Made by a program: the position numbers and the translations under genes
In this document: one piece after another, positions 25,486 to 38,639 of the stretch
Position numbering within the stretch: the stretch's first letter is position 1
Layout: every line of letters starts with the position of its first letter
The notes under the pieces: model-generated
Told to the model about the DNA's origin: nothing
Databases searched by the model: none
The model's input: only the letters and a program-made list of their open reading frames with translations
From: Camelus dromedarius
Taxonomy: Eukaryota
Reading direction: 5' to 3'
DNA length: 64,000 nucleotides
Assembly: GCF_036321535.1 (NCBI RefSeq)
Contig: NC_087436.1
Span: forward strand, 51,338,001 to 51,402,000

Positions 25486-26490
25486 CTGTAAAAAAATATA
25501 GCATATTATTTATTGAACATAAACATAAAAACGAACATGCTATGGAAGTCTCTAGGAAACTAGAATGCCATATTTCATTTTCCTCAGTAACAATTTCTGA
25601 ATTGTATTATTTTTTGAGTAGGAGGATTATTAAATTTACAATTTTCTCATTTGTGCAGCTTATCAGTCATTTCAAAAGCGTTTTCTTTGTGCAGAGTAGT
25701 ATAATGCTGATGGAACGCCTCATTAAACTGTTCAAATCAAGATGTGATTCCATTTTGATATCAGGTAAAGATAAAAGCTGCATTTTGTTAAAAGTGATAA
25801 ATGCTAAAATCACATGAGAAATTCCATTTGCACAGAAATTACTCACGCTGACTTTTTGGTGATAAGCAAGGATAATGACTGTTTCTTCTTAAACAGATAA
25901 AAAGGCTGTTGTATTTCACAGATGCAATAATAAAAAAGACACTTTATTCTTGCATCATGTAGCTAGACCTCAGACCTATTAAAGCAGCTTATTCGAATTA
26001 CTTCATTATCTGAAAAGTGCTTTGTTCTCATTTATTATTTCTCACATGGAATTCTGTGAGACAAGTCAGCATTAGTCACCCCATTTTGCAAATGAAAGAT
26101 AAAATTGATTGTTTAATATTTACTGAGCACCCACAAAGTTCCGTCTACCTTCTGGCATATGTTAATGAAAAAGTCTATAGCCTTTACAGCCTGACTTTAG
26201 AAATTGAACATCCCAGAGTTCCATTTATTTTTTATGGCAAGTTTAAATTATAGGTGTTTGGGAACTGGAAGAGGCCTTAGAGATCTATTCATATGTTTAT
26301 TGACGAGGAAGGTGGAAATAACTAACAGGTAAAAGGGCTACATAATCTTGCAATAACCCCAGAACTGCCGTCAGTGGGATGCAAGCTGGACCCTCAAGCT
26401 TTGCACTGCAATCTATTGCTTGGTTCTTCCCAGCACTGCTGCCTCTCCTCTTCCATAACTAAGGATACATTGCACCACACAGGGATTAGA

Positions 26491-26613
26491 GGCAATGTTT
26501 TATAATAACTATAAATGGAGTCTTACCTTTAAAAATTGTGAATGGCTACACTGTACACCTTTAACTTATAGAACATTGCACATCAATGATACTTCACTTA
26601 AAAAAAAAAAAAG
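26491..26613 (+). mobile_element. Short L1 3' terminus with poly(A)
   Basis: ataataactataaatggagt..acctttaaaaattgtgaat..tgtacacct..tacttcacttaaaaaaaaaaaaa, typical of laurasiatherian L1 3' ends. Confidence 0.8.
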
Positions 26614-29600
26614 AATTACAAATCACATGAGGAAACAAACCACAGTGAGACAGTTAGCCAAACAGTTAGCATGCCAAGAACTAGATGTAGTAAAACAATC
26701 TGAAAGAAATTGTAAAGCAAGTACATCCTGGCAAAAGTAAACAAAACAAAACAAAACAGGTAATGAAGGAGCCATAGGGAGGAGATTAAAAAGAACCGCA
26801 GGGCATTTCCAACATGCTTGTGTCTCATGCTTTTCTTAGCAGCTCCCAGGATTTCCCGGGACAACCTGGCAGAGGCATGGAGGACTGAGGGTATTGGGGT
26901 TGGATGGTTCCAGCAGGTATCACTCTGACTGGGAGATGAAGCCCAGGAGTTATTTTCAATCTCTGTCTTTGGCCTTAATATCTTTAAACCAATCTAATAT
27001 CAAAGTCATATCTGTGATTAATCCACATATCATTTTTTTTTAAATTCAAGAAGTTTCCCTAAACCATTTCAAATCAATAATTACTTATTAAGCATATATA
27101 ATTTGCCAGCTGCTGTCAACAGAAAGGGTACTCTGCACTCCTGTCCTCCTTCAAACAGGAGAAGCAAATATATTTTCAAAGTATGATGCCTTTAAGAGAA
27201 ATCAGACACATGAAATAACATTTTTGGTTGAAAATCAATTTTCTGCTTCAAGTTAGTATTTGGAAAACATGCTAAATATAACTTACTGGCAAGTTCTTGG
27301 TTTGCGGCTTACATTTTTTTTCTAAAATAAAACACACTGATGGATATATGGTGTGTGAATATATTTTAGGATAATAAAAGCATTTTTACAAGTGGTGCTT
27401 GATTTTTTTTTCATTGGCCAGTTCTAAAAGTCTTGAAAAAATGAAACACTTTTGAAATTTTAATAACATGCAGACGCTCTGTGCTTTCTTGCCAATATTC
27501 TTAAGATAATAACGGAGACTGTCTCAGACAAAAAAGCTGTAATCTGGCACCATTAATACAGGAAATAATCTGAATCCAAAGATGAATTCAGAGAATAAAT
27601 TCTTCCAATAAAAAAGGACATTAATTAACAAGTTTTAAGAATGCTGATGAACTTTGAAGCTACAGAGCACTTGGAATTACTTTTTTCCAGCTTTTTGGCA
27701 TTCGTTTGTTAAAAGTCACTTTACATCTTATATTTTATTGAAATACAATTTGTTGACAACAAAGGTCTAGAGTTTGTGAAATACTGTAAACATCAAACAG
27801 GTACACATGCTCAGTTGCCAGACTGAGAAGTTACAGCAGCACATTTATTTTTGTCGACATTTCCCCAGCGTTTATATTTGGAGCAGCCTGGGATGGAGTG
27901 AAGGACTGGGATGGGAGAGCAGGATGCTCTGAGTAGGACAATGATGAAAGTGCTGACAACCCTTTAAGAGCAGGATGTGCACTAAATCGTGCTCCGTGGT
28001 GTGAAGACCCTCTCTACCTGCATAACCTCCCCAGAAATTCCCTCTTAACTCACCTCCAGCTACACCTACTACAACCCTTCCTCTCCTTCTACCTACAGAC
28101 AAGCCTCATTTCCTTATAAGAACTCAATTAGCAATCAGTATATTGCCACCACGCTATTCTCTCACTGCTGTGAAAATTAGGTGTTTTTGAATATGAATCT
28201 TGGGAAAAGACCTATATTAACTTGCTTCCTGCAGAAAGAGCTAACCCATCCAAATGATCACCGACGTAAACATGCATACCAAAGACACATACTCTCTTAG
28301 CCTTAGGAAAAGAATACACAGACACAAAATTCCAGAATGTGCTCATCTTTCTTTTTACAGTCAACATTAAAACATTTAAAATTGCAAAATCTTTGTTCTA
28401 AAAAGCTTTATACACTTTATATTTACCATTTCACCCACATAACTTTTGTAAGAGGTAACTATAAAATCGATGATATAGGGATAACTGAGCATTGGGTATA
28501 GATCACTCATCTTAGTACATGAAAGTATTTGTTTTTGTACAACAGGATTTGTAGTAAGGTGAGAGTCTGTTCTAAACACACAATAACTGAAAAAAATCTA
28601 TATACCAGAATGCTAATCAATCTGGCACAGTGGAAGGGGTAGAGTTTTGTCTTAATATTAACAACATGCATGACATGGGCAAACGGCTCTCTTCTGAGCC
28701 TTTATTTTCTGTGCTAATGAAGTTAAGGCTTGGATGAGATGCTCTCCAGTGTCTTACTCAGTTCTGACATTCTAAGATGCTACCAATTCTTTTCTCGCAA
28801 GTCATTCTAGGCCAAATGGTGCCTGGATAAATTCTTAAATGAGTATGACTTTAAGTAGAATGCTACATTTTGAGGAAAAGATTATTTTCACTGGGAGCTT
28901 AGACTAATAGAAACACTAGAAAGTTAAATCACAGACCAATATTACCAATGTTAGTTTTTTTTATAATACACAGAGATGGTCCTGTCTCCATCTGTTTGAA
29001 TTCTTGGAGGATATTTTTGACCATATTTTACTGCGTCAGTGTTCAAATGATGCTATCAAGGCAGTTATGACACACATCAATTTTGATGATTCTCTGCCCT
29101 ACTGAAACCTTATTTTTCTTTTCTTACCTAAAATGGGAATTTGAGAAGAATAATGAATGCATTATTAGTAGCTGTCACTACCTTTAAACATTAAAAACAA
29201 AAAGTCCGTAAAGAAAGAAAAACAATCTTTGAGGTTTAAAATAATCTCAAACAATGAAAATGTCCCAAATACCACCCTCATTTATTTTAAATATTGGTGG
29301 AATGACTTTGGTAAAATTTTCCCTAGAATAGAAATGACATTGAATGGGAAAAAATTAGCATAGTATTAAATATTCAAAATGTTAAGCAAAGCAGAACTAT
29401 CAGAAGAGCAGAGGAGGAGAAGGTGAAATATAATGAATTCACTTGCACTATTTGTCTTTCCAGGTTGCTTCTGCAAGAACATTCTTCATGTCAACCTCAT
29501 TAGTGGCCTGTTTCAAGCAAATGGCTCTTCCAGAACTGACCTTCTTTGAAAATCTGATAAAGCTTATTTGGAATTATTTTATAAGTGGCTAAGGTAATGG

Positions 29601-29829
29601 AAAGTCTGTGCAACAGCCAAATGCATTCATAAAGATATGAGTTAGAAACCACAAACCCCTTGATGTTCCATGCCTATGTGAAGTGTAAAATGAAATATTG
29701 TTTAGAGCTATGTACCTATCACTGATGATCGTTCTTGAAACTACGGATTTGATATAAAATTAAAACGTGCAAATTTGTAATGTGCTCTGGGTATTTCAGG
29801 GAATGATACTGTATAGAAGCAGGAGTATG

Positions 29830-29945
29830 TTTATTATTCACTCAACAAACGTTCATTAGATTGCTAACTACGTAGCTAAGTGCTGTGCTAGGTCCAAAGA
29901 ATGCAAAGGTAAATAAGATCTGGTCAGTTTCCACAAGGTCCCCCA
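29830..29945 (-). mobile_element. L2 LINE 3' end remnant
   Basis: attcactcaacaaac..tgctaactacgt..tgctgtgctagg..aaataagat. Confidence 0.6.
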
Positions 29946-31487
29946 TTTTGGTGTATTATTTTAAGCAAAGTTCAAATGTGTCATTAGTGCCTACTGATGA
30001 GAGAGGACAGACATGAAAAACAATCAGGAGGGGCAAGGGTCATAATGCAACCTCTCTAGCCTTTCTCTATCTACTTTGTTTCCTCAATTTGTATCCTGTG
30101 AATGCTAATAACGAAAAGGCAGAAGGAGGTACAGGAAAGCAATGTAAACCCCTTTGTCTAGCTAGCAAAGGCAGGGAACAGAAGGTTCTAACCCTATGAA
30201 AGTCATCATACTGACCAGTGAAAATAACCTCAGAGAAGAGATGTAGTCTCTTTGCAAATGGACCAAGATAGACCGAACATTCTGGTCAGATTTAAAGCAC
30301 CATTTCATTCTGCTAGCAAGAGTTACAGGTTACCAGTTTCAACAAATTGATCCAATACAGGTCAACACATTTAAACAGGCACACTAGAGGTGGCATGGCC
30401 ACAGATGGTCACATCAGCCACATTATATGAAGGTCTTTCCCCTGAAAGTAGTTTACTGCCTGGCAGACATAGAGTCAGGAGTTATAGCTTTTTAAAACAT
30501 TGTTTAATTTTAATTTTTAGGAAGAATCTGCAAATGGTCATCCAGCACAAATGAGGTCACAGATGTGGTTACAGCTTACTCTGGAGACTGGTGGAGATAG
30601 GAATTTGGAAAGTATATATCTGCATGAGGGAAATTCCAATTCAACGGAAATATCAATGAATGCTTTGGTTTCCGAAGGAGAAAACAATTTTCTTTCCAAC
30701 TTGTAATGGAAACTTTAAGTCTGATAGAAGTCTTCCCAAAAAAACCCTCTCCCAAACCAGGAAATCTCACTATCAATTACTTTTTCTACTTTTAAGGAAC
30801 TGAATTTTTATTTGAGTAGAATACAAACTGGCTTTATTTGCATATTTACCTTTTTTGATGCAAATAAGAATAGTTCTATTCTAGAAATGTTTTTTATCCA
30901 GAAAGTTGGGACTTTCAGAGAGGGAGGGAGCAGTTGGTTTATGAAATTCTGTGTAATTAGAGCTTGAGGCCATTGTAATGAGTTTATCAGCAAAGTCCCT
31001 ACCCCACCATTGGGCAGGCAGCTCCTTCCCCCTCTTATTACCAGGCAGGCAACCTATATTTAACATCTATTGCTTGCAGAGCACTGGACTGGGGCTTACC
31101 TCCTCTCATATGATTTCATGTAGGCTCACTGCCTGACTTTAATTTTTGCACTTTTGTACTCGATAAAAAATGATAGCAGTGTAGATGTTATTCCAGTAAC
31201 ATCCCTAGTCATTTTCCTTTTGTTTCAAAGAGAAGTGGTTTGGGTTTTAGGAAGTCATTGCAGTATTCTAGACACTGTGATGAGTTCACTTTTCATGCAC
31301 AGTGATTACCAAAAGTAATTTCTCTGGCCTCAATTTTTTTTTTTCTTCTATCAGGAAATGTTACTGTCCTAAAAAGTAACCAGTAGGATCTGGTTATGCT
31401 CACTTGGAACAAATACTAAATACTAGTTCTGCTAATAAGACTCAAATTACAGAAATGCAATTGAAAATTCCAAAAGGACAGGGCTAA

Positions 31488-31804
31488 TTATTTGAGATTT
31501 TCTTATTTCTTGAGGGGGACCTGTATTGCTATAAACTCCCCTCTTAGATCCGCTTTTGCTGCAGCATCCCATAGATTTTGGAAAGTGCTGTTTTTATTTT
31601 CACTTGTCTCGAGGTATGTTCTGATTTCCTCTCTGACTTCTTCATTGACCCATGGGTTTTTTAGTAGCATGTGGCTTAGTCTCCACATGTTTGTGTTTTT
31701 CTCCCCTGTAATTGATTTCTAGTTTCATACCACTGTGGTCGGAAAAAACACTTGATATAATTTCTATCCTTTTACATTTTTGAGACTTGTTTTGTGGCCA
31801 GCAT
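31488..31804 (-). mobile_element. Internal L1 ORF2 fragment (linker just after the endonuclease domain)
   Basis: ORF 31503..31688 WRLSHMLLKNPWVNEEVREEIRTYLETSENKNSTFQNLWDAAAKADLRGEFIA matches L1 ORF2p (NLWD.AKAVLRGKFIA motif). Confidence 0.92.
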
Positions 31805-31805
31805 C

Positions 31806-31914
31806 GATGCCAGCAGTACTGTCTTAGTCATGACAATCAAAAATGTCTCTAAACATTGCCAAATGTTTCTAAATGTCTCCTGGGAGGCAAATCACCACCA
31901 ATTAAGAACTACTA
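31806..31914 (-). mobile_element. Half MER20-like element
   Basis: gatgccagcag..tgacaatcaaaaatgtctctaaacattgccaaatgt..ggcaaatcacc..ttaagaactact, then tctag; homologous to 911-991. Confidence 0.78.
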
Positions 31915-33339
31915 CTCTAGGCCAGTTGAGGTTCTTACTAAAAGACATAATTAACAGAGACTCCAGGAGCATCGTATGTGATGAGGAAGAAGACCAGAAT
32001 CCACAGTGTGAGCACAGGTCTAAACGACTACTCCTTTGCAGAGCTGCACCAGTGCCCTATCAGAGAAAGGAGGGAGGCAGAGAATCACAGGGGAGACAGG
32101 AACACCAGGCTTACAAATAGAATGATAAATATGCCCGTCTGCCCTGAGACCACCTTTAACATGCACACTAAGTCTTAAAGCTAATAGTTTGGACAAGGTT
32201 CACTCAGCCAGAGAGTATAACCCAAGGCACTTGATCTAAGGTGTACTTTAATCCATTTGACCCTATTTCTTCACTAATGAGGACAGAGACCATTTTACTC
32301 TGTCACATTCAATGATAAGGATTAATTTTCCTAAGATATTCTACAGATCTTTTTTTTTCCTGTTTGCATTTCAATTGCATTGTATGCGATCAATTTCAAG
32401 TACAAGTGAATTGCAAGTGGAAAATTTCTGAGAGCAACTGAATTGTACTTGACATTTTGGGGTCCCAGTAGCTGAGTAGCTCTCAAAAAGGTCATATACA
32501 ACTTTGCTGCACAGTAAAATGCCAAGGGCAACTCAGTAGCAATTGAAAATCGAAAGGGAAATTATATTCTACCCCAAACCTTGCAACATGGACTCTGAAG
32601 AAGGATTTTGGTTCTACTAATTGTGTGAGAGGAAAATGGGAAATTGTCCTTTGGTGCTGAAAATGTTTCCCCAATAGGCATTCATTTCTTTGTATGATTT
32701 CTAGATTTAGTTTTACTACCAATCTATGTATACTATGCAAAGTGCTCATTTTCTTTCCTTGATTTGCCTTAAATCAAGAATTCTGTCACTAAGGAGGACT
32801 ATAAATCCATGTTAATTCCTTCATATTCTTGAAGCTTCATGAACCTGAACCCTTTTCAATATTGTAAGGACAAGAATATAAAATCTGATATTTAAAAGCA
32901 GACAGATTTCAAAAACTTTTAAGAAAAATGAGTTACTCTTTTTCTGGTTGTTAACATAAAATTAGGTTTAGTATAACAGCAATGGAATAAAAAACCCAGA
33001 AACATATCTCTTGATACAATAAACCATGGATTCAATTTTGTATTAATCAGTTACATTTCTGGGAGCAAGGGATGGTGGTGATGGTGAAAATAGAACTTCT
33101 CTCTGATGTTATGCTGTGTGAAAGCAGCTGGGATGCTGAGCTATAAGTGAACATCCTAGAACTTTGTCCCATTATGTAAGGGGTTCCCCCTTCAAATTAG
33201 TAGTACTTCTAACAGAGGATGGTTTAAAACAGAAGACATTTAGGAATTAGTACATTCATCCATTCTTCTGACCATTCTCTATAGTGTTAGTAAAGTCTCC
33301 TATTCCTCTGCTACCCACATTGATGGGGTTCTTGCCATT

Positions 33340-33770
33340 TTTATCATTTATTCATCCTTGTATTCATTCAATTAGTCTTCATCAAATATTTATGGTTTCT
33401 GCTATGAATTTAGCACTGAGCTTGGCACTAAAGATACAAAAGAAAATGGGTTTTGATGGGCGAAACCAAACAAGACTGGTCTCTTGCCTTATGGATCTTA
33501 TGGGTTAGCAGGAGATAAATATTAATAAATGATCCAGAAATAAATATATCAATAAAGAAAATTTGTGCTGCCATGTGTACAGATGTGATAGCCAGACTGA
33601 TCTGGGTCCAAATCCCATATCTCTCTCTTCCTAGTTTTATCCTCATGTGTAAGACACTGAAACTCACTAAGCATGTTTCCCTATGTCTAAAATGAGGCTA
33701 CTAATGCCAACTATGCAAGATTATTCAATGAATTAGAAATTATCATGAAAGTTGCCTAATAATTGTTATA
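33340..33770. mobile_element. L2 3' remnant (about 33340-33560, -) followed by a MIR (about 33580-33770, +)
   Basis: tcatttattcatcc..tattcattca..caaatatttat; then gccagactgatctgggtccaaatccc..tgtctaaaatgagg. Confidence 0.6.
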
Positions 33771-34164
33771 AAAAGTTGACCAAGCCAACTTGCTTCTTTG
33801 GAGGACAGGATGCCCCCCACCCCCAATTTAATCTTTAACAGATTCCCTAACTTCAAACTCTACCAGAATCTAGGAAGCACACCCTTTATTTCCCTAGAAT
33901 TTAAAGTTAGTTTATCAAAGTCATTGTCTGCCCAGAAACTGAGGGAAGACAATGTAGAATTGCTTTTAATTATTATCCATTGAACGTACATCACATACTA
34001 AATACTGTGCTGGGTAGTTGTTAATTTTATCTCACTTAAAGATTACAACAATTCTTAAAATAGGTATTATTTTTATTCCCAACAAACGACATAGAAATTG
34101 AATCTCAGATATATGAATTTTTTTGTTTAGGGAATATCAGCTGAATCTGAACACTCCCAGCAAA

Positions 34165-35022
34165 GCAGTATTGGGAAAACCCACTTTTCCTCCTGCGCCT
34201 TTCTTCCCTGTGTATCTCCTTTACTTTCACATTACTCTCTCACTTCTGGTCACCAAATGTGTGAGTGGAGGGGTTCCATCACCGAAATCCTACAACACCA
34301 TTTGGAGGTACTGCAAGTTAACTCAATTTAATTCAATTCTGACACTGTTTACCTGGAGATACCCCACAGATTAAGAGCTTAGTCCCACAAGCCTGCTTCC
34401 ATCTCTTCTTCAGATGCTAATTCCAAGTGGTAGATTCCTAGGTTACTCACAACTTCTGTCTGATTTAGTTACAAATCAGAGATTCTTACTGTCCCCTTCT
34501 CAGGTCCGATTAACTTGCTAGAGCAGCTCACAGAACTCATGGAAACACTTATTTATGCTTCCCAGTTGATTAAAGAATTTGATAAAGGACACAGAAGAAC
34601 AGTCAGATGAAGAGATACACGGGGCGAGGTCTGGGAGGGTCTCCAATGCAGGAGACTCTGTCCCTATGGAGTTTGGGTGTGTCATCCTTCCTGTGTGGAT
34701 GTGTTTGCCAACCTGGAGGCTCTTGGAAACTCCTAATATTAGAATTTTATGGAGGCTTCCTCACACAGGCATGATTGATCATTAACTCCATTTTCAGTCC
34801 TTCTCCCTTCTCTAGAGAATGGGGATGGGACCCAAAATTCCAAGCTTCTGATCATTGCTTGGACTTTGCCGTGCCAGCCCTCACCAGGAGCCCACTCAGA
34901 GTCATCTCATTAGAACAAAAACACCCCTACCACCCACGAAGTAACACGGTTTCAGGAGCTCTGTGCCAGGAACCAGGGGTAGAAACCAATATATATGTGT
35001 ACGTATGTTCTATTATCTCACA
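34165..35022 (-). mobile_element. Solo LTR (MER21-like)
   Basis: aattcaattctgacact, aacttgctagagcagctcacagaactca, cagatgaagagatacacggggcgaggtctgggaggg, ggagctctgtgccaggaaccagggg. The minus strand begins TGTGA. The left boundary is uncertain. Confidence 0.85.
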
Positions 35023-35792
35023 AAAGCCAACATGAGTTTCCTGCATCTCTCTGGTTTCTTTGCCTAGTTGCATTGCTAGTCCTTTCTCACATTACAGAAC
35101 TAGCAAGTTGGGATCCTGTGTCCTGCATTCCTCTTCCATCCGCTTCTCCACATCCTTCTCTTCAGCTGCATTAACGCACCTTGAATGTGCCAACATTCTG
35201 CTATACTTCTGTGCTCTGGCAAGAACTGGGGCAAATTAATGTTCTTCTAATTGAATGGATGGCTTTCTGGGAAATGGTGGATATTCTCTTTAATAGATTT
35301 GCCTGAGCTAGGAAAGAAAAGAAGGGAAGCTGTGATGAAAGATGTTTACCCTGTGAAATGCAAAGAACATCAGGAAAGAATTAGCTGATGAGGTAATGTT
35401 TTCCTGATGTGAGAACAGAATGATCAACAATCAATAACATAAAAGGGAGAGAAAAGCAAGTATATCCCAGTGAAAAAGAAAAGGAAGAAATAATGGAAAG
35501 GGACCTTGGTGACTTCATTTACTGTTCAGTTTTTACTACTGTTTTGGGATATGGGGAAAATAACCATACCTGATTTTATATGCTTAAATGCAAAACAAAA
35601 ACAAAAATCACATATTACAACACCGGTTCGGGTCTGCATATAACACAAATGTTGTGAGAATAATTTAGATTGTATAATTGAATTCGAAAAATTACTTATA
35701 AATGTTGAAGGGTGTTGGACTTGCGATGAGTAGGTGAGATAAATTTTTTAGAAACTCAAGATTTGTAAGATTCTTTAAAGTTTCTCTTTGAG

Positions 35793-35823
35793 TGTGTGTA
35801 TGTGTGTGTGTGTGTGTGTGTGT
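35793..35823. repeat. Interrupted (TG)n microsatellite
   Basis: tgtgtgtatgtgtg... run. Confidence 0.9.
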
Positions 35824-36923
35824 AAACAACAAATTATACCACCGTCATGTAGGGAGTTTACATAATTAATATCCAGAAAGGCTTTATCAATTGGTACTCA
35901 ATAAATCTTTATCTAATAAATAAATACATGAATGAAGAGGAAAACCATCTCAGTTCTCCCAGTTAATGTGGGGATTGGCTGACGGTCTAAAGTAGTCACA
36001 GCCCCTAATTCCTCCTCCAGTGAAATGAGGCAATCATTTATGATGGAAGGCTTGTTCTTGAAGAAACTGAACAGAAGTAGTTCTGGTCACGTCACACAAG
36101 GCAGAGTGAGTGGAAGGAGGTATACACGGGACTGAACACAGGGAGAACAAGTTAAGTTGTGCATTCTGAATGGTGAAATTTCCCAGTCTTCTTCCCACAC
36201 TCTGATCTCCAAGTACTGGCAACCAAATTTATAAATGTAGATTGGAGTTAGTTGGAATTTATTCTAGAAAAGTTGAAAAACACAGGAGAATAGATCTACT
36301 TAAACTAACACTTTGGAGTAATTCAATGAAAAAACTAGTTGCCTCACTACCCTACAGTGTAGTCTCCAAGTTAGTAAGTGGAGTTTCCAGCCAGGTTTTT
36401 TGATGCTTCATTCTTAAACATGAAAGCATAGCTAAGAATAGTCAAATATTTGATGGAGGTATCAAGGATTTGAGCCTGAACAAACAACAAACAAAGATAA
36501 TAGAGATAATATGAAAACTAAAGAAAAATAAAAGTTGCAGAAATTTAAAACCTTAAATCAAAGCAAAACTGAAACATTACCTGTGACAAAGATATTGAAT
36601 TACACTGCCCCTACCACCACTAAATAAAGAGGAAGGAATACTAGAGAAAAAGAATAAGCAGACAACAAGAAAGAACTCATGGAAAATAAGCACACGACAG
36701 CCAATAGAAGAACGAGGAGATAAAGAGCACGAAGTAGAGCAACACAACACGGGAGTCTGTACCTGGGGTCCTGAAAACTCCCTAAGGACTGAGACACAGA
36801 AGGTGAAGCACCGCTTCAAAAACATCTAGAAAATAACTAAATTCTTTTATTGAGCTACATAACTATCTTCCTTCTTTAAAAAATATTTTATTGGGATGCA
36901 GCAACCCTGTCAAAGAGCTAGTA

Positions 36924-37237
36924 AGTCGTCCCTCTATATCCACAGGGAACTGGTTCCAGGACCTTGCCCTCAACAGCAAAATCTGCAGCTGCTCAAGTCC
37001 TTTCTACACACTGGCAGAGTATTTACATATAACCTCCGCACATCCTCCCGTATGCTTAAGTCATTTCCAGATTATTTATAATACCTAATGTAACTGCTAT
37101 GTAAATTGTGGCGAGTGTGCAGGAAATTAAAACTTTGCTTTGTGGAGCTTTCTGGAACTTTCTTTTTTTTGAATATTTTCAATCTGCAGTTGGCTGAATC
37201 CTTGGATGTAGGACTTGCAGGTATGGTGGGCTGATTG
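36924..37237 (+). mobile_element. MER2-like (MER2B) TcMar-Tigger DNA transposon, full length
   Basis: TA on both flanks (36922-3, 37238-9); degenerate terminal inverted repeats; internal ggttccaggacc, gctcaagtcc, catataacct..gcacatcctcccgta. Confidence 0.88.
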
Positions 37238-37933
37238 TAAGATCCTGGAGCCACGATTACAGACAATCTGAGAATTTCTAATTACAGCTTATTCCCTGCC
37301 TTAGTAATCTATATAAGTTGACATTTTATTCTAGCTGAAACACCTCTTAATTTGTAACTGTTTCCTATTTTTGTTAATAGTTTCTTGAACATTATCAGCA
37401 GTAGATCACTGTTAACTAAGTATACAGTACATTGGTAAATAACTTTATATATACCTGCTAAATTTTCCTATACAAATCTCTCAGTGCAAACTGCTTCAGC
37501 CATGGAATGGTTTCTTTTGAACACATGTTAAACTGTGTTCTTTTTGAGTGGATTTGTGGTACATATTTAAATGTTCTGTTCGGGTACGTGACTTGGCTTA
37601 TTTTAATGTATTGCCTCTCGGCTTTAGATGTCACCCAAACATTTTGTTTGATTCTAAACTTTTGTTTAAAAAATCTCTAATAAAAATGTCAAATAATACC
37701 GCATATTTATTTGCACATCTGTTGCCTAGAAGTCCTCCAGGAAAGAGACATTATTTTATTCCACATTCTCAGTCCCTAGGATGATATCTTATCCCAAAAG
37801 ACATTCAGTGCATGTGCACACATTGCACTGAATAGAAGTCGTGTTCTAGGCACCATGGAGCGCTAGGAAACAACAGCAGAGTCAATGCTCCCTGTGGACT
37901 GCAGACAGAAAAGAGCCCTAAGGATTCTTAGTC

Positions 37934-38025
37934 TTTGTTTGTTTGTTTGTTTGTTTGTTAGGGGAAGTGCTGGGGACCCGGGACCATATGCACGCTGAGC
38001 ATGCGCTTTACCACGGAGCTACCAA
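37934..38025 (-). mobile_element. tRNA-Ala-derived SINE (camelid Vic-1-like) with (AAAC)n tail
   Basis: The minus strand reads gtagctccgtggtaaagcgcatgctcagcgtgcatatggtcccgggtccccagcacttccc plus (aaac)n. The A box is retained; the B box is partly deleted. Confidence 0.72.
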
Positions 38026-38553
38026 CTCTGGGATTTGTTAGTTTTTTAATTTAGATTCAACTAAGTAGAGAATGAGAAAGAATTGAAGTCTAAAATGAAG
38101 CAAAATTCTATCATGGATGAAGTGATCTTAATCATTGGGGTGAAATGTAATTGTCAGAGAAACTGGGGTTGTACATCTATGATTCTAGTACCTGAAACTG
38201 TTTAGGTTTTTGAAGTTATCATAAATGCCATTGGGGGCAAAAAGTAAAGTACCCATCTTCTTTTCTTGTGTTGCATGTTATTCACAGGAGTTGAGCTTCC
38301 CTTTCGTAGGACTATGGAAAAAGCATCAAGCAGAATTTATCTACACATAATATGATTTCTTGCTCTTTGGATGGTTTGTTAAAATTATCCTTCTTAATGG
38401 ACAATTAGAAACCAGAACCCTACACCTTGTTCTTACTTTCTTTGTTCATCATGTTTTTAAATTAAAAAATGGGCCAATACAATTTACCTATGACTCAAAG
38501 AGATACTTTTCATTTTTGGGGGTTTTAGATTCCACCAAAAAGAGGACACTCCT

Positions 38554-38556
<3 letters not shown>

Positions 38557-38608
<52 letters not shown>
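38557..38608. repeat. (AC)26 microsatellite
   Basis: Perfect run ending 31 nt from the exon 10 donor. Confidence 0.97.
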
Positions 38609-38611
<3 letters not shown>

Positions 38612-38639
38612 TAGTAACAGCAACAACAGAGAGCATTAC

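Noticed and set aside
37955..38025. Possible tRNA-Ala gene
   Set aside because: The T arm/B box is partly deleted, the acceptor stem is broken and there is a simple-repeat tail; it is a SINE.
12289..38639. Introns 10 and 11 have nearly equal lengths (13154 and 13131 bp)
   Set aside because: No shared sequence or repeat order is visible; treated as coincidence.
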